64,000 bases of DNA, from IMG/VR virus record IMGVR_UViG_3300008216_002531, positions 41,626 through 105,625 of that record; one strand, 5' to 3'. Positions 1 through 10,116 of the stretch are shown here, piece after piece (position 1 is the stretch's first letter; each line of letters begins with the position of its first letter). Both the position numbers and the translations under genes were made by a program. Source of the DNA: a virus. The notes under the pieces are model-generated. The model saw only the letters and a program-made list of their open reading frames with translations, was not told the DNA's origin and did not search any database.

Positions 1-3000
1 TTAGATTTGTGCGAAGCCTGCTTGGGGGATTGTTGGACTGACGCCAAGATAGTAGGGGCCAAACCTTGGTGTTGTGGGCATTGTGATGAAGGAGATCATT
101 CTAGCGACTGGGGCTGTGACGGAAAGTGGCCCGGAATTTTCCCATTTTTGTATTATCATCCACCTGAAGATATATTTTGTCCGTATGGAGAATATTTTCC
201 AGCTATAAGCTGTCCTACTGTGCCCAATTCTCCAGCAGCTACTATGCTTGGTCAATCAGGACAGTTATATTATCCCGGTAATATTACTAAAAAGTGGACC
301 TCTTGTTGTGGTAATCAGCCAGCGGGCTGTGAATGCTGTTATCCGTGTGGACACCCAGCCTACGATCCTACCTGTCGGATAAGAAACTTAATTAGTGGAA
401 ATATTTGTGATATTTGTTGGGAGTGCATGTGTAATAATAGTAAGTCCGAGGGAATTAATGCTAATCAAGTTTATATGTCCAACGACTGTCCAAACGGTTG
501 CCAGCAACCAGATTGGCCAGCGCCACCTGCTTCTTTGACAACAGGGACTATTCAGTGTAGTAGTGGTATGGATGTGGTATTTGCTATTGATATCACCGGC
601 AGCATGGTGAGCCAAGTTGAAGCCATTAGAGCAGATGTTGACAGATATGTAAATATTATTGACGAGGCTTCCGATGGTAATTACAGGCTTGGCTTGGTAA
701 CTTTCAAAGAAGACTCAGCCGATACGATCACGCACACCTCTTTGGGTTATGAAAACGCTATATCTTTTGAGCAAGCCCTAGATTCTCTTGAGCCTGCCGG
801 TGGTAGCGGCTCTCTAGCAGAGGCTCATGTCGATGGTGTTCGGTCGATTCTTGATGGAGATGTTGGAAGTTGGATCGAGAAGGAAGATCATCGTAAGATT
901 ATTATTGTTATGACAGATGTTGAGCCGAATGAGGGTTATGAAGCAGCAGATGTGCAAGCTCAACGCGCTAAAGAGCAGGGCGTTATAATAAGCTCTATTC
1001 TTTTCATTCCTATCTCCGGCGAGGATGAAGACGAGGCTGCACGATCTCTTGAAAATTATGCAACAGTTACCGGTGGTGTATTTGGAAAATCTACCGCGAG
1101 GGGCACTGGGGACGCAATTCAACATTCTCTTTCTATGTGTCAGGGTGTAACCTTAGCCGCCACCTCTTCAGCCGGTGGGGGCGAACCCACCGGACAGTGC
1201 ATTCAGGTTGTCCAAGACGGCGGTGGAGAGGTTGCGGGTTGTGGACAATTTATGCAAGAGATGGGAGACATACCAGAAACGTGTCCTGCCCCCATCTACT
1301 GTCCAGAGGGTCTTATTCCGTACAACAAATATGGAGGCGGATATTGCCATGAAGGCGATTTTTGTTGTCAATGCTTGAGAGAAAAGAGCCATTGGCTCGC
1401 CGTACCGGCCACGAGGCGAATTGGCCCCACAACGAACCAGCTTGGTTGGAAGTTAGGAGCACCCGTCCTGTATGATATGGCTTGGTATCCTCTTAAAGAA
1501 GCCGTGTGTATACTAGAGCCGTGCGGGATGGGAGAATCTGGAGAGGGTGAACAACCCGGTGGTGGCCCCGGAGAGCCGCCTGTTTTGTATGATAAAGGAT
1601 CTATAAAAGTTTCTGTGACCCTAATGAGAGAGGGGACTTCTACAGAAGTAGGCGAAGCCTTAAAAATACACGATCATCAATCTACAGGAGAAATTATTGG
1701 CGTTACTGGAAAGGGACAACCTGTTAAAATTACTTCCAGAATACAGGTTGGTCAACTAGAGATTAACCTAGCTCCGGGGGATCCTGTTTTTATAGGGATT
1801 ATGAATGACACCCAAGGCAAGCCGTTTGGCTCTAAGGTGGGGGGCAATAATGCAGCTAATGGGCAATTTGTAGTTCTTGCTGTTTCTGGAAATGAGTTTA
1901 CTATAGCGTTACCCGGTGGTGGACCGGTAATAGGCGATGGCGATTGGACGGATGGTGGCACTTGGCATTATTACGACCCCAATGATGCTGGTGCTAGTTG
2001 CACTGGCCCACATCAACAATGTGCGTATAGTTTTGAGTTTGATCGGGGTGGTGTAAACGTTGGGACTTCTCCAAAAGTACTTCCCGAAGCTTTGTTTATT
2101 GAGTGTGTAGAGGAAGCGTTTGTTGAATGGTCTAATATCTTAGAAAGCCTATGGTCTCCTCGCGCAGATTACACCGCTACAGGTAGAAGACATGGTAGTT
2201 GGGCCAGTGGCGGTTCGTCACCTTCGGATCCTCAACATCCATTCCCCGGTAGTCACAATATAAATCCCGGCCTGACCCCCCAAGGATCGCCGGGACCACA
2301 AGCCAACAGCCACCAGTTGAGAGCTAGATTTATAAATCTAGGCCATGAACCAGCCATTAGTAATGAGGTTCCTAGTAATAAAGTAGATCGATATAACGTT
2401 GCAGAATGGAGCAGGGCGACCAACTACCCACTGGTTGGTAGGTGTGTTACAAGGCTTCCCGGTGGAGATACAGCGGGTGGCGTAGTCCCAGAAAGAAGAT
2501 GGGAAAACATGGCTTCTTGTATAACAAACGGGCATTGTTATGCTAAAGGCTGTTCTGCCAATGATATGAGAGCTACCTCTGTGCAGCTATCTAGTAGTAA
2601 TAAGTGCGAGGAAATGGCTCATGCCGCCAGTGGAACGTCCTACGACAACCCCAAAGACTGCTTATCGACAAAATACTATGCATGTCTTACTCACCCAAAA
2701 ATAGAAGTCCTGCGATGGATTTCAGGGGAAGCGTTTGGGGATCCAGTAGATTCCGACGCCGATGGCGCTGCGGATTTGTTTCCAGACGTACCTTTGAGGT
2801 GGTATCTAGATCCAAAATATGTGCGAGAAGATATCGGAGACGAAGATTGTTGTAATCACGTAGATGGTTATTGGGAGGAGATTGAAGGGGACTGGTCTTC
2901 TGACTTTGGAAATGGACAGGGGATATTTAATCCCGGTTTTTCAGAATTATTTCCGTGCATACCGAAAAGTGCAGAGTGTTGTCAAGGCACGGTTTCTTGC

Positions 3001-5736
3001 GTGTCTCCAGCGGGAGATCATTTTCTCACCCCGACCAACACTTATGTTCCCTCCTCATGTTGTAAAGAGTATGAGCAGAAATACGGCCAATGTCTTGGTG
3101 ACTATAATTTAGATGGCATTATGGATGAGATGGCGGGGTGTGACTACGACTGTTGTGGGTTTGGACTCGCTGGCTGGTGTGTCGACAAAAACGACCCCAA
3201 TAACATATATTGGTCTACTGCAAGTTGTCCCGGTTGCGGAGGTAAAGACGCTTGCGATAAAGGAAGCGGATTAGCCCGTCGAGGATGCACAGAAACATTG
3301 TCAGTATGCGGCGATGGCAAACCGACAACCGTTGGAACAGATGCTCAAACTTGCGCACCATTGCGATGGCAACAGACCCAGAGAGTCCTTAAAAATGATA
3401 TCGGCACAGCGGGAAGTTTCGAAATAGCATTAAGATTCCCCGGTTCAAATATTGGAGACCCCCTTGAGAGAACTGACTGTGATCTTACTGATTCACTCCT
3501 GTTTGCAGTAGGGGACTTTATAAAAATTGGCAATGAGTATATGGAGGTTACTTCTTCTAATCTTACCACCAACAAACTGTCTGTGACTAGGGGTGTTGGT
3601 GGGTTTGGCGCGGATCCGTCGTCATCCTTTCGAACAGGACACTCGGCAGGAGACAGCATTTATCTCTGGCTAAATGATACCCCCGGCACAGAAAACTGCG
3701 ATGATGTTGCCCACTGTGTAGACAATGACGGCTATCTAATTGGCGACGCTAACGAAGGAATTGGTTATTTCCCGATAGATAATAGAAGCTTATATCATCT
3801 TTGTCGAGACGGAGATCGACGGTCAGTATATTCTGATACATGTGGTACTGGGGGATCGTGTTGGATAGCGGGAGAAGCTGGAACAGGATCTTCTAGAGGA
3901 GTCCCCATTGGAATATCTAGCCTATATAATAGCGTCTCTTCTAGTGATACGATAATAACCATAACAGAAATTGACAACACTGGAAATCTTTTTGTTGACG
4001 ACGGGAATGATGTTCATAATCCTAGTATTATAGCTACGCCGGAAAAATTTAAGCTGAAGATTGGCGACATTATTAGAATTGAAGCTGAAAACATGGAAGT
4101 TGTTGCGGTTAGAAAAACTTCTGAATTTCACGCTAGTGTTAAAGGTGATTGTACCGCTGACGTTAAACTCAACGGTTTATTTGGAGCGCCAACCAACGGT
4201 GTTCCTGAATGCGAATTTATCGATTGTGATGGGGGTGATCGACAGACCGATTGTAGACATTGGTACAGAAAAGATCATGATCAGGCGATTGGTTGGTCAA
4301 ACTGCATCGGAGCGCCTCTTGGCGACATAGAATGGCCAGACAAGATTGTGTCTCTCTATGAGATAACAGTTAGAAGAGGAGAAGATGGTACTTCGGCAGT
4401 CGATCATGATGCCAATAAATGGGTAAGAAAAAAATACGGCAACGTTATTAATGATTGCAGACAATGTGAAGATAATTTGATGGGTACTGCTTATCGACAC
4501 GAATGGGTCGGAACCGGAACCGCTGGGCCGACTAACCCAGCCGGTTCTATATGGCGTCGTGCCCGATGGTATCCTAAATTTGATTGGACGGCCAACATTT
4601 GGGAGGCTAAGATATCGCTCGACACACCTTTCTATGGGAAGACCGGAGGCGAGTGTTTAGAATGGCCAGAAAAAGACGATTGTTGTCCGAGAATTGGTCA
4701 GGTAAGAGTAGGGATGGTAAATTGGTACGACGCCCTGAGAGAAAGATGGGCCAATGAAGGCAAGGGGCAGTGTTATGATTGTAATACGGGGGTTATTATT
4801 GGAAACCAAACTAAATTTGGGCCAAACAGTGTGGAGCTACATGGAGAATGTCTACGGTATAATGAAGACAGGTATGATAAACTCTTAATAGGTTCTACGT
4901 CTGATTCTCAGGACGATTGCCTTGATTTGAATTGCAACCAGCCATTAAATAGTTGTGGTGGCGTGTGCATAAATAGCCAAAATCAAGAGATTACGACTTA
5001 TACCACTGAAGAAGATTGTATATCCAACAATCTAATATGGGCGACTTGGACGTGGAGCGCTTATGTTAATAAAGACGTTTGTAATAATGCTGGACACTGT
5101 TGGGATTATAGAGATCCCCCGCTAGTTCCCGCAAGTGGAAATCCATTTGCTTGTGGGTATATGGGTGGGATGAAATGTATGAGGCAACTCCCAGATGGGG
5201 TTTGGGTAAGTTGCTTACCGAGGGCTGGTGCGCCATATGGAAAAGCTAATAATATGATTGGTGTTGATCGTGATCTTGAGTTAATGTATCCCGAATTGGG
5301 CAAAAACTGCGTAGGTTTTCGCCCGCAGGTTGGCGGCAATGTTATTCCGGCGCAACCCGGAGGAGGAGATCCTCCAGACGCTCCTTCTACTGGTGGGGAG
5401 CCGTGCAAATGTATAACAGAAGGTAAAGAAGGCATAGCGGGAGATCTGTATATTGACAGTTCTGTAAAATGGCGCCCAGACTGGGTTCCAGAATACGATA
5501 AGCCGGGAGCTTACAGTATTAAAAGGGTTCTCATGAAACAAATTGGGCATATGTTGGGATTGCCAGCAGGACAGGATGTGATGGGTCCAATAACAGGCCC
5601 AGCAGACGATGCTGTGCCAATAGGGCGTTCTACTTACAATAAGTTAGTTGAAATGTATGAGCCTAGGTGGTGGAATAGGGGTGGAAGAAATGATTACTGG
5701 TGGGTTTCTGGAGTATACGCTGGGGATTTTAAGTAG
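1..5736 (+). CDS. Giant Cys-rich virion/adhesin-like protein with vWA domain and degenerate matrixin-like domain (5'-partial)
   Basis: Frame is open from base 1. vWA MIDAS-like DVVFAIDITGS...IIVMTD; two GDxIxIxxExMEV...VxRG repeats typical of phage virion proteins; C-terminal GDLYID...KQIGHMLGL...M resembling M10 peptidase; very many Cys. Confidence 0.6.
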   Translation, partial: LDLCEACLGDCWTDAKIVGAKPWCCGHCDEGDHSSDWGCDGKWPGIFPFLYYHPPEDIFCPYGEYFPAISCPTVPNSPAATMLGQSGQLYYPGNITKKWTSCCGNQPAGCECCYPCGHPAYDPTCRIRNLISGNICDICWECMCNNSKSEGINANQVYMSNDCPNGCQQPDWPAPPASLTTGTIQCSSGMDVVFAIDITGSMVSQVEAIRADVDRYVNIIDEASDGNYRLGLVTFKEDSADTITHTSLGYENAISFEQALDSLEPAGGSGSLAEAHVDGVRSILDGDVGSWIEKEDHRKIIIVMTDVEPNEGYEAADVQAQRAKEQGVIISSILFIPISGEDEDEAARSLENYATVTGGVFGKSTARGTGDAIQHSLSMCQGVTLAATSSAGGGEPTGQCIQVVQDGGGEVAGCGQFMQEMGDIPETCPAPIYCPEGLIPYNKYGGGYCHEGDFCCQCLREKSHWLAVPATRRIGPTTNQLGWKLGAPVLYDMAWYPLKEAVCILEPCGMGESGEGEQPGGGPGEPPVLYDKGSIKVSVTLMREGTSTEVGEALKIHDHQSTGEIIGVTGKGQPVKITSRIQVGQLEINLAPGDPVFIGIMNDTQGKPFGSKVGGNNAANGQFVVLAVSGNEFTIALPGGGPVIGDGDWTDGGTWHYYDPNDAGASCTGPHQQCAYSFEFDRGGVNVGTSPKVLPEALFIECVEEAFVEWSNILESLWSPRADYTATGRRHGSWASGGSSPSDPQHPFPGSHNINPGLTPQGSPGPQANSHQLRARFINLGHEPAISNEVPSNKVDRYNVAEWSRATNYPLVGRCVTRLPGGDTAGGVVPERRWENMASCITNGHCYAKGCSANDMRATSVQLSSSNKCEEMAHAASGTSYDNPKDCLSTKYYACLTHPKIEVLRWISGEAFGDPVDSDADGAADLFPDVPLRWYLDPKYVREDIGDEDCCNHVDGYWEEIEGDWSSDFGNGQGIFNPGFSELFPCIPKSAECCQGTVSCVSPAGDHFLTPTNTYVPSSCCKEYEQKYGQCLGDYNLDGIMDEMAGCDYDCCGFGLAGWCVDKNDPNNIYWSTASCPGCGGKDACDKGSGLARRGCTETLSVCGDGKPTTVGTDAQTCAPLRWQQTQRVLKNDIGTAGSFEIALRFPGSNIGDPLERTDCDLTDSLLFAVGDFIKIGNEYMEVTSSNLTTNKLSVTRGVGGFGADPSSSFRTGHSAGDSIYLWLNDTPGTENCDDVAHCVDNDGYLIGDANEGIGYFPIDNRSLYHLCRDGDRRSVYSDTCGTGGSCWIAGEAGTGSSRGVPIGISSLYNSVSSSDTIITITEIDNTGNLFVDDGNDVHNPSIIATPEKFKLKIGDIIRIEAENMEVVAVRKTSEFHASVKGDCTADVKLNGLFGAPTNGVPECEFIDCDGGDRQTDCRHWYRKDHDQAIGWSNCIGAPLGDIEWPDKIVSLYEITVRRGEDGTSAVDHDANKWVRKKYGNVINDCRQCEDNLMGTAYRHEWVGTGTAGPTNPAGSIWRRARWYPKFDWTANIWEAKISLDTPFYGKTGGECLEWPEKDDCCPRIGQVRVGMVNWYDALRERWANEGKGQCYDCNTGVIIGNQTKFGPNSVELHGECLRYNEDRYDKLLIGSTSDSQDDCLDLNCNQPLNSCGGVCINSQNQEITTYTTEEDCISNNLIWATWTWSAYVNKDVCNNAGHCWDYRDPPLVPASGNPFACGYMGGMKCMRQLPDGVWVSCLPRAGAPYGKANNMIGVDRDLELMYPELGKNCVGFRPQVGGNVIPAQPGGGDPPDAPSTGGEPCKCITEGKEGIAGDLYIDSSVKWRPDWVPEYDKPGAYSIKRVLMKQIGHMLGLPAGQDVMGPITGPADDAVPIGRSTYNKLVEMYEPRWWNRGGRNDYWWVSGVYAGDFK

Positions 5737-5737
5737 A

Positions 5738-5761
5738 TGGACGGTATGATAGTACGGGAGG
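5738..5761 (+). promoter_or_regulatory. Candidate phage promoter motif TGGACGGTATGAT-N6-GGAGG
   Basis: Intergenic; near-identical motif with the same spacing to the RBS at 54332-54355 (-). Confidence 0.45.
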
Positions 5762-5771
5762 ATGTGCAAAT

Positions 5772-6383
5772 ATGATGCAAAAAAGAACCAAATGTCAGTG
5801 TGACATTAATGGGTCTCCTAAACAGTGGTGTCAAAGACATCAATGCTATAAGAACCCTATAGAAATTAGACAGTGTCAGATATCAATTCCCAACTTTGTG
5901 GCGTGGGAGAATTGTCAAGGAGCAGGGCAGAATGAAGACTGTTCTCCTGTTCCTATTGATAAAGACGAAGAGCTACCTAATTTGCTAGATTCTTCTTTAG
6001 GCAACGCACGTTCATATGTTAATAGAGATCAGGTTGCAGAAGAAGCTAAAAAGGGGTGTTCAAGTTGTGGGAAAAACAAGTCCGTAGAGCCTCCCTCTAA
6101 AACAACAGACGGGGTATCTTCTATTGAAACGCCGGAACAGAATCTTAACGCTCCCAATTTGATGACTCAGGGTTGGAGTTTTGCAAAGGCCGTTGGGGCC
6201 TATGTTAAAAGCGGAATGAAGAATATAGGTGAAGAAGACTATGCCGAAAGAATGCGCATATGCGATACTTGTGAGTGGAGATCTGGCGGAAGATGTATGA
6301 AATGTGGCTGTTTTATCGACAGAAAGGCCGGTTGGGCTTCAGCAGACTGCCCAATAGGAAAATGGCCGAAAGCGGGTCGTTAA
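5772..6383 (+). CDS. Cys-rich protein with C-terminal DUF6171-like domain
   Basis: ERMRICDTC...RCMKCGCF...K......CPIGKW pattern; GGAGG RBS. Confidence 0.6.
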   Translation: MMQKRTKCQCDINGSPKQWCQRHQCYKNPIEIRQCQISIPNFVAWENCQGAGQNEDCSPVPIDKDEELPNLLDSSLGNARSYVNRDQVAEEAKKGCSSCGKNKSVEPPSKTTDGVSSIETPEQNLNAPNLMTQGWSFAKAVGAYVKSGMKNIGEEDYAERMRICDTCEWRSGGRCMKCGCFIDRKAGWASADCPIGKWPKAGR

Positions 6384-6428
6384 TGGTGTATAATACTGTA
6401 GAAGATATCCTATGAGGGAGATTTTAAT

Positions 6429-7142
6429 ATGGCGACTATTACCTTCTATGCTGGCAATGGCACAGCCCTCCAAAACTTGTCCGGGTCTGGACTAGGGTTT
6501 TTCGGAGGAGCTTTTGGTCAGTCAGTAGAATTAAATAAATATCAAGACACAACTTTTATTACTAACAGTAACGGAACTTCTGAGGGCACATCTTCTGATA
6601 ACGTAAAGTATGTTAATGATGGTAGTGGATATGTTACTAGTATCACCCCAGCTACTGGTTTAAAATTCATCCCAAATAACAGGGCTTCTTTAAATATTCG
6701 TTTTAGTCATGGAAGTGCTGTTAAAACTCAAAATACTAAATTGCGTATTTTTGATAGAGTAGCTGCAAACAATCCCGCTAGTGGAGTTTGGACCAAGGTA
6801 GCCCAACTTATTCATCCTTGGAACACGTTTGGTAGTGCTGCCACTCCCGCAGGGCTAGGGTCTGGAGATGAGTTCTGGTGGGGTTCTGCTCTACACACAA
6901 GCACTCCTACTCTTGGCAATCAAGATGTAAGACTTCCAAACAACTCATTTACTGTTGGTGGAAGTGGTATTATAGTCGACCTAGCCAAAGCTCCCGGTCC
7001 TAGCGGTGAATATGCTAAGGACGGGACTGGAAGTACATTCCAGAGCGTGCAACACGACTGGTATCTAGCCTTAAGCGCGTCTCCAAAGAGCATTGGATCA
7101 AAGACTCAGTACGGACTGTACGTTAGTCTAGAATATCTCTAG
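6429..7142 (+). CDS. Putative virion structural protein
   Basis: Gly/Ser/Thr-rich with beta-strand character; GGGAG RBS; GTGTATAAT upstream; last gene of + strand block. Confidence 0.5.
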   Translation: MATITFYAGNGTALQNLSGSGLGFFGGAFGQSVELNKYQDTTFITNSNGTSEGTSSDNVKYVNDGSGYVTSITPATGLKFIPNNRASLNIRFSHGSAVKTQNTKLRIFDRVAANNPASGVWTKVAQLIHPWNTFGSAATPAGLGSGDEFWWGSALHTSTPTLGNQDVRLPNNSFTVGGSGIIVDLAKAPGPSGEYAKDGTGSTFQSVQHDWYLALSASPKSIGSKTQYGLYVSLEYL

Positions 7143-7186
7143 GGAAACCCACGGCAAATTTAATTGCCATCGCCTTGGGAGGTGAC

Positions 7187-7225
7187 AAAAAAAAGCCCCG
7201 GCGGCGTAATGCTACCGGGGCTTTT
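7187..7225. terminator. Bidirectional rho-independent terminator
   Basis: A8-GCCCCGG...CCGGGGC-T4 hairpin between convergent genes. Confidence 0.85.
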
Positions 7226-7248
7226 ATCTTAAAGAAGTGAGCCTTAGA

Positions 7249-7584
7249 TTAAACTAAAGCGCCCTTCTCTTTGTCCCACTTGACCCATCCGTTATCGGGG
7301 AGCCAGTTACCTTCCTTGTCCTTCCTGCGCGGGAACAGCTTCCCGCCCTGTTTCATAGAGCCAAACTCCAGTCTGGCCCCACAATCCAAACACCTGATTT
7401 CGTAGTATTGATTTTCATCAACAGTCCTCACTACAAATCTCAGGTTCTCCGACGCGCACTTTCCACAAGATAGCTCGTCAAAGATTTCTTGAAAATCAGA
7501 CAATTGCTGAAAAGCATCTCTCTGAGTTTCAGCATCAAGCTCTACCGAAATTCTGCCACTACGTGATGTGTAGTTAATCTTCAT
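7249..7584 (-). CDS. Hypothetical zinc-ribbon protein
   Basis: CGKC...CLDC; likely start MKINY at 7584. Confidence 0.55.
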   Translation of the reverse strand: MKINYTSRSGRISVELDAETQRDAFQQLSDFQEIFDELSCGKCASENLRFVVRTVDENQYYEIRCLDCGARLEFGSMKQGGKLFPRRKDKEGNWLPDNGWVKWDKEKGALV

Positions 7585-7588
7585 TACT

Positions 7589-8482
7589 CTACTCTCTCCA
7601 ATCAGATTCGTAACCTTGGATTTGCTCTGGAATACTACCATTCTGTTGGTAATCATTCAACTGTCGTAGCATCTTCTGTGCTGTGTCTCTTGTTACATCG
7701 CTCACACTTTCATATTTCTTAGACCCCATATTAACAAACTTACGGACATCAATATCTAGCTGTTTACACTTATTATTAACAAAAGTCACTTGTTGATTAC
7801 TAATAGTATCTTCAGGGTTCCAGTCAGCATTTGTGGTTGTGGATTGAACAATACTAACAATATCCTTTTTGGCTAATTCTTCCGCCGCCAAAGCTCGAAT
7901 CTTCAGGGCTTTTCTTAGCGCGCGCCCCTCTGCTCTAGTACTAGCGGTAGCAACTGGGTGGGCACAAAATAGATCATCTGTATTTCCATGCCAAACATCA
8001 GCTACTTCTCGAAAGACTTTGTAGGCTCCGGTGTTCATCCAATCAATAATGATCTTGTAAACGACGGTTGCTCTTCCCGGCTTTCCACTTTCAGTAGCGG
8101 GGAATACTTGCTCTGGCCCTGTTTCCACAATAGTTCCAAGCAATAGTTCTGCTACTCGACGCAGTCCTGCGCAAACAGGATTACCGTCTATTAGTTCGTT
8201 GGGCTGAAAGTGAGACATAACGTAGTCTGCCCATTCAGCAGATACGTAAGATGGGGCCTCTGGATTTAACTGTGCTTGAAGGGGGCTTTCGTTTTCATAG
8301 ATTTCATTTTTAACCTCTTCAAACTCTTCGTCCATGTTTACGCGATCTAACATGCTAGTATTTTGTTTATGCAAATCTATTAGTTCCTTTTTACTGAGAC
8401 TATCAATTGCTTCTTTCGATAAACCAATGTCTACCAGATCCTGTTTTAGTTCTAATACTTTGATTTTAGAATAATTTACCAT
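7589..8482 (-). CDS. Rad52/Sak-like single-strand annealing protein (putative)
   Basis: ATASTRAEGRALRKAL helix motif typical of Rad52-fold phage SSAPs. Confidence 0.5.
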   Translation of the reverse strand: MVNYSKIKVLELKQDLVDIGLSKEAIDSLSKKELIDLHKQNTSMLDRVNMDEEFEEVKNEIYENESPLQAQLNPEAPSYVSAEWADYVMSHFQPNELIDGNPVCAGLRRVAELLLGTIVETGPEQVFPATESGKPGRATVVYKIIIDWMNTGAYKVFREVADVWHGNTDDLFCAHPVATASTRAEGRALRKALKIRALAAEELAKKDIVSIVQSTTTNADWNPEDTISNQQVTFVNNKCKQLDIDVRKFVNMGSKKYESVSDVTRDTAQKMLRQLNDYQQNGSIPEQIQGYESDWRE

Positions 8483-9264
8483 TAGGCTTCAATCTCCAAA
8501 AACCGTTTTGATTTGTCTGGAAATTGCTTTTCCACGTCTTCCAAAATTTCTACAACTCTTGCTAATAGATCTCTTTGCTTTTTCCCTGAAAAGTTCTTTG
8601 TTATATTCTTAATTCTTAAAACTACATATCCAGATTGTAACAGTAGTCCAGATTTATGAGCGTCAGATTTAATTGTCTTCTGAAGGTTTTCTTCTCCCCA
8701 TATTGGAAAGAAGTGCGACGGGCCGTCGACCTCGATGGCAACTTTCGAATCTGGGAGGAACAAATCAATTTCTAGCTTCTGGTTTGCGACGAGACCCATT
8801 TTATGAAATATAACACTTCGTCCGGTTTTTGTCAATCCCTTTCTGAGAAATTTTTCCATTTTCGACCCCTCTTTAGCAGCCCTTCTGACGGCCTCTGCTG
8901 CCGCTCTACGGAGATTGGATCGTTCTTCTTCCGACATACCCTCCCATTGTTTTTTAGCCATTTCAGAGCGGTTTAGCCGCTCCTCATCGCTCATATGGCT
9001 CCAATGAGAAAACATCCCCTCGCTAATTTTGATTTTGTCGGCTTCCGATCTCTCGGTTCCTTTTGTTGGATGTTTATGTCGTCCACTTTGGATAGCTGTT
9101 GCCTGAGCCTTACTTTTGTCTCGTAGTTTTATTCCGAGCCTAACGAGAGTTCTTCTTACTTTGTTTGGGTATGTTCCCAGAGATTCAGATATTTCATAAG
9201 TACTCTTATTCTTTTTTACATACTCGTCCACAATAAACTTTTCTTGATTTTTAGTCAGAGACAT
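8482..9264 (-). CDS. Vsr/DUF559-like endonuclease with HTH and NUMOD3-like region; possible free-standing homing endonuclease
   Basis: N-terminal HTH (STYEISESLG), KGTERSEADKIKISE motif, EIDLFLP...AIEVDGPSH...D...GYVVLRI. Confidence 0.6.
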   Translation of the reverse strand: MSLTKNQEKFIVDEYVKKNKSTYEISESLGTYPNKVRRTLVRLGIKLRDKSKAQATAIQSGRHKHPTKGTERSEADKIKISEGMFSHWSHMSDEERLNRSEMAKKQWEGMSEEERSNLRRAAAEAVRRAAKEGSKMEKFLRKGLTKTGRSVIFHKMGLVANQKLEIDLFLPDSKVAIEVDGPSHFFPIWGEENLQKTIKSDAHKSGLLLQSGYVVLRIKNITKNFSGKKQRDLLARVVEILEDVEKQFPDKSKRFLEIEA

Positions 9265-9724
9265 TATTAATCACCTCGTATAGTTGTTTCATATTAAAAT
9301 CCTCTACCACCCCGTAAACATCCCTGTTACAGTAATTTTTAATAGCCAGAGCGTGCTCCGAGCTTCTAGCTATTAGTTTAACTTGGGGGTTGTTGAACGC
9401 TTTCACCATATATTGGAAATCTTTTCCGTGTGGTCTCATCCATTCAAGATCCCAAACATAAAAGAACTTCTTGGCGGGGTTTGCTGCTTTTGATAAGTGT
9501 AGCGCGGTAGAGGCAGACGTAGCCACCAGAGTTCCATCGAAACTCCAAATTTCATTTATTCCCATTATGGCAAAGCTTGGCGGAATAATATGATTGGTAA
9601 TATTTTCTACAAAGGCTACGAAATCGTTATTGCTTTTTTCGCATTCTTCATTAAGCTTAGTAACCACATTAAATGATAATTGGGAAGCTCCCAAATCACT
9701 AAGCATGACTCCTATTTTTTGCAT
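9251..9724 (-). CDS. Hypothetical glycosyltransferase-associated protein
   Basis: Resembles a GT-B N-terminal-like fragment (FFYVWDLEW); last gene of glycan cluster. Confidence 0.35.
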   Translation of the reverse strand: MQKIGVMLSDLGASQLSFNVVTKLNEECEKSNNDFVAFVENITNHIIPPSFAIMGINEIWSFDGTLVATSASTALHLSKAANPAKKFFYVWDLEWMRPHGKDFQYMVKAFNNPQVKLIARSSEHALAIKNYCNRDVYGVVEDFNMKQLYEVINNVSD

Positions 9725-10116
9725 ACCATCCTCTCGAATTCGTTTATATCTTCTATATAATCTGATTTATCATATTCTGTAGAACACAGGGACAACATTA
9801 TGTCTGTTCCGGTTTCGTATGTCTGTGAATCCCAAATCATTCTATCAACAAAAACGCTTTCGTGCTGCCTCATTACAAGCGTTTCTGTTTTGTAACCATC
9901 GTATAAATGAACCGATATTTTCCCTTGCACACAAATCAAAAGTTGTTGTGTTTTATAATGCGCGTGGTGTCCACGTTGATCTCCCGCTGGAACTCCAGCC
10001 ACATAGAATACTCTTTTCGGAGCAAAGGTGAGTTCCGAAAAGTCTATGGGCACTAGCGTTCCGTTATCTTCAACGCACTGCCTTAAGCACCCGTCTAGCT
10101 TTACGGACTTGCTCAA
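9712..10116 (-). CDS. FdtA/QdtA-family sugar 3,4-ketoisomerase (cupin)
   Basis: KRVFYV...RGHHAH...QLLICVQG...W...YI motifs. Confidence 0.85.
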   Translation of the reverse strand: MSKSVKLDGCLRQCVEDNGTLVPIDFSELTFAPKRVFYVAGVPAGDQRGHHAHYKTQQLLICVQGKISVHLYDGYKTETLVMRQHESVFVDRMIWDSQTYETGTDIMLSLCSTEYDKSDYIEDINEFERMVCKK

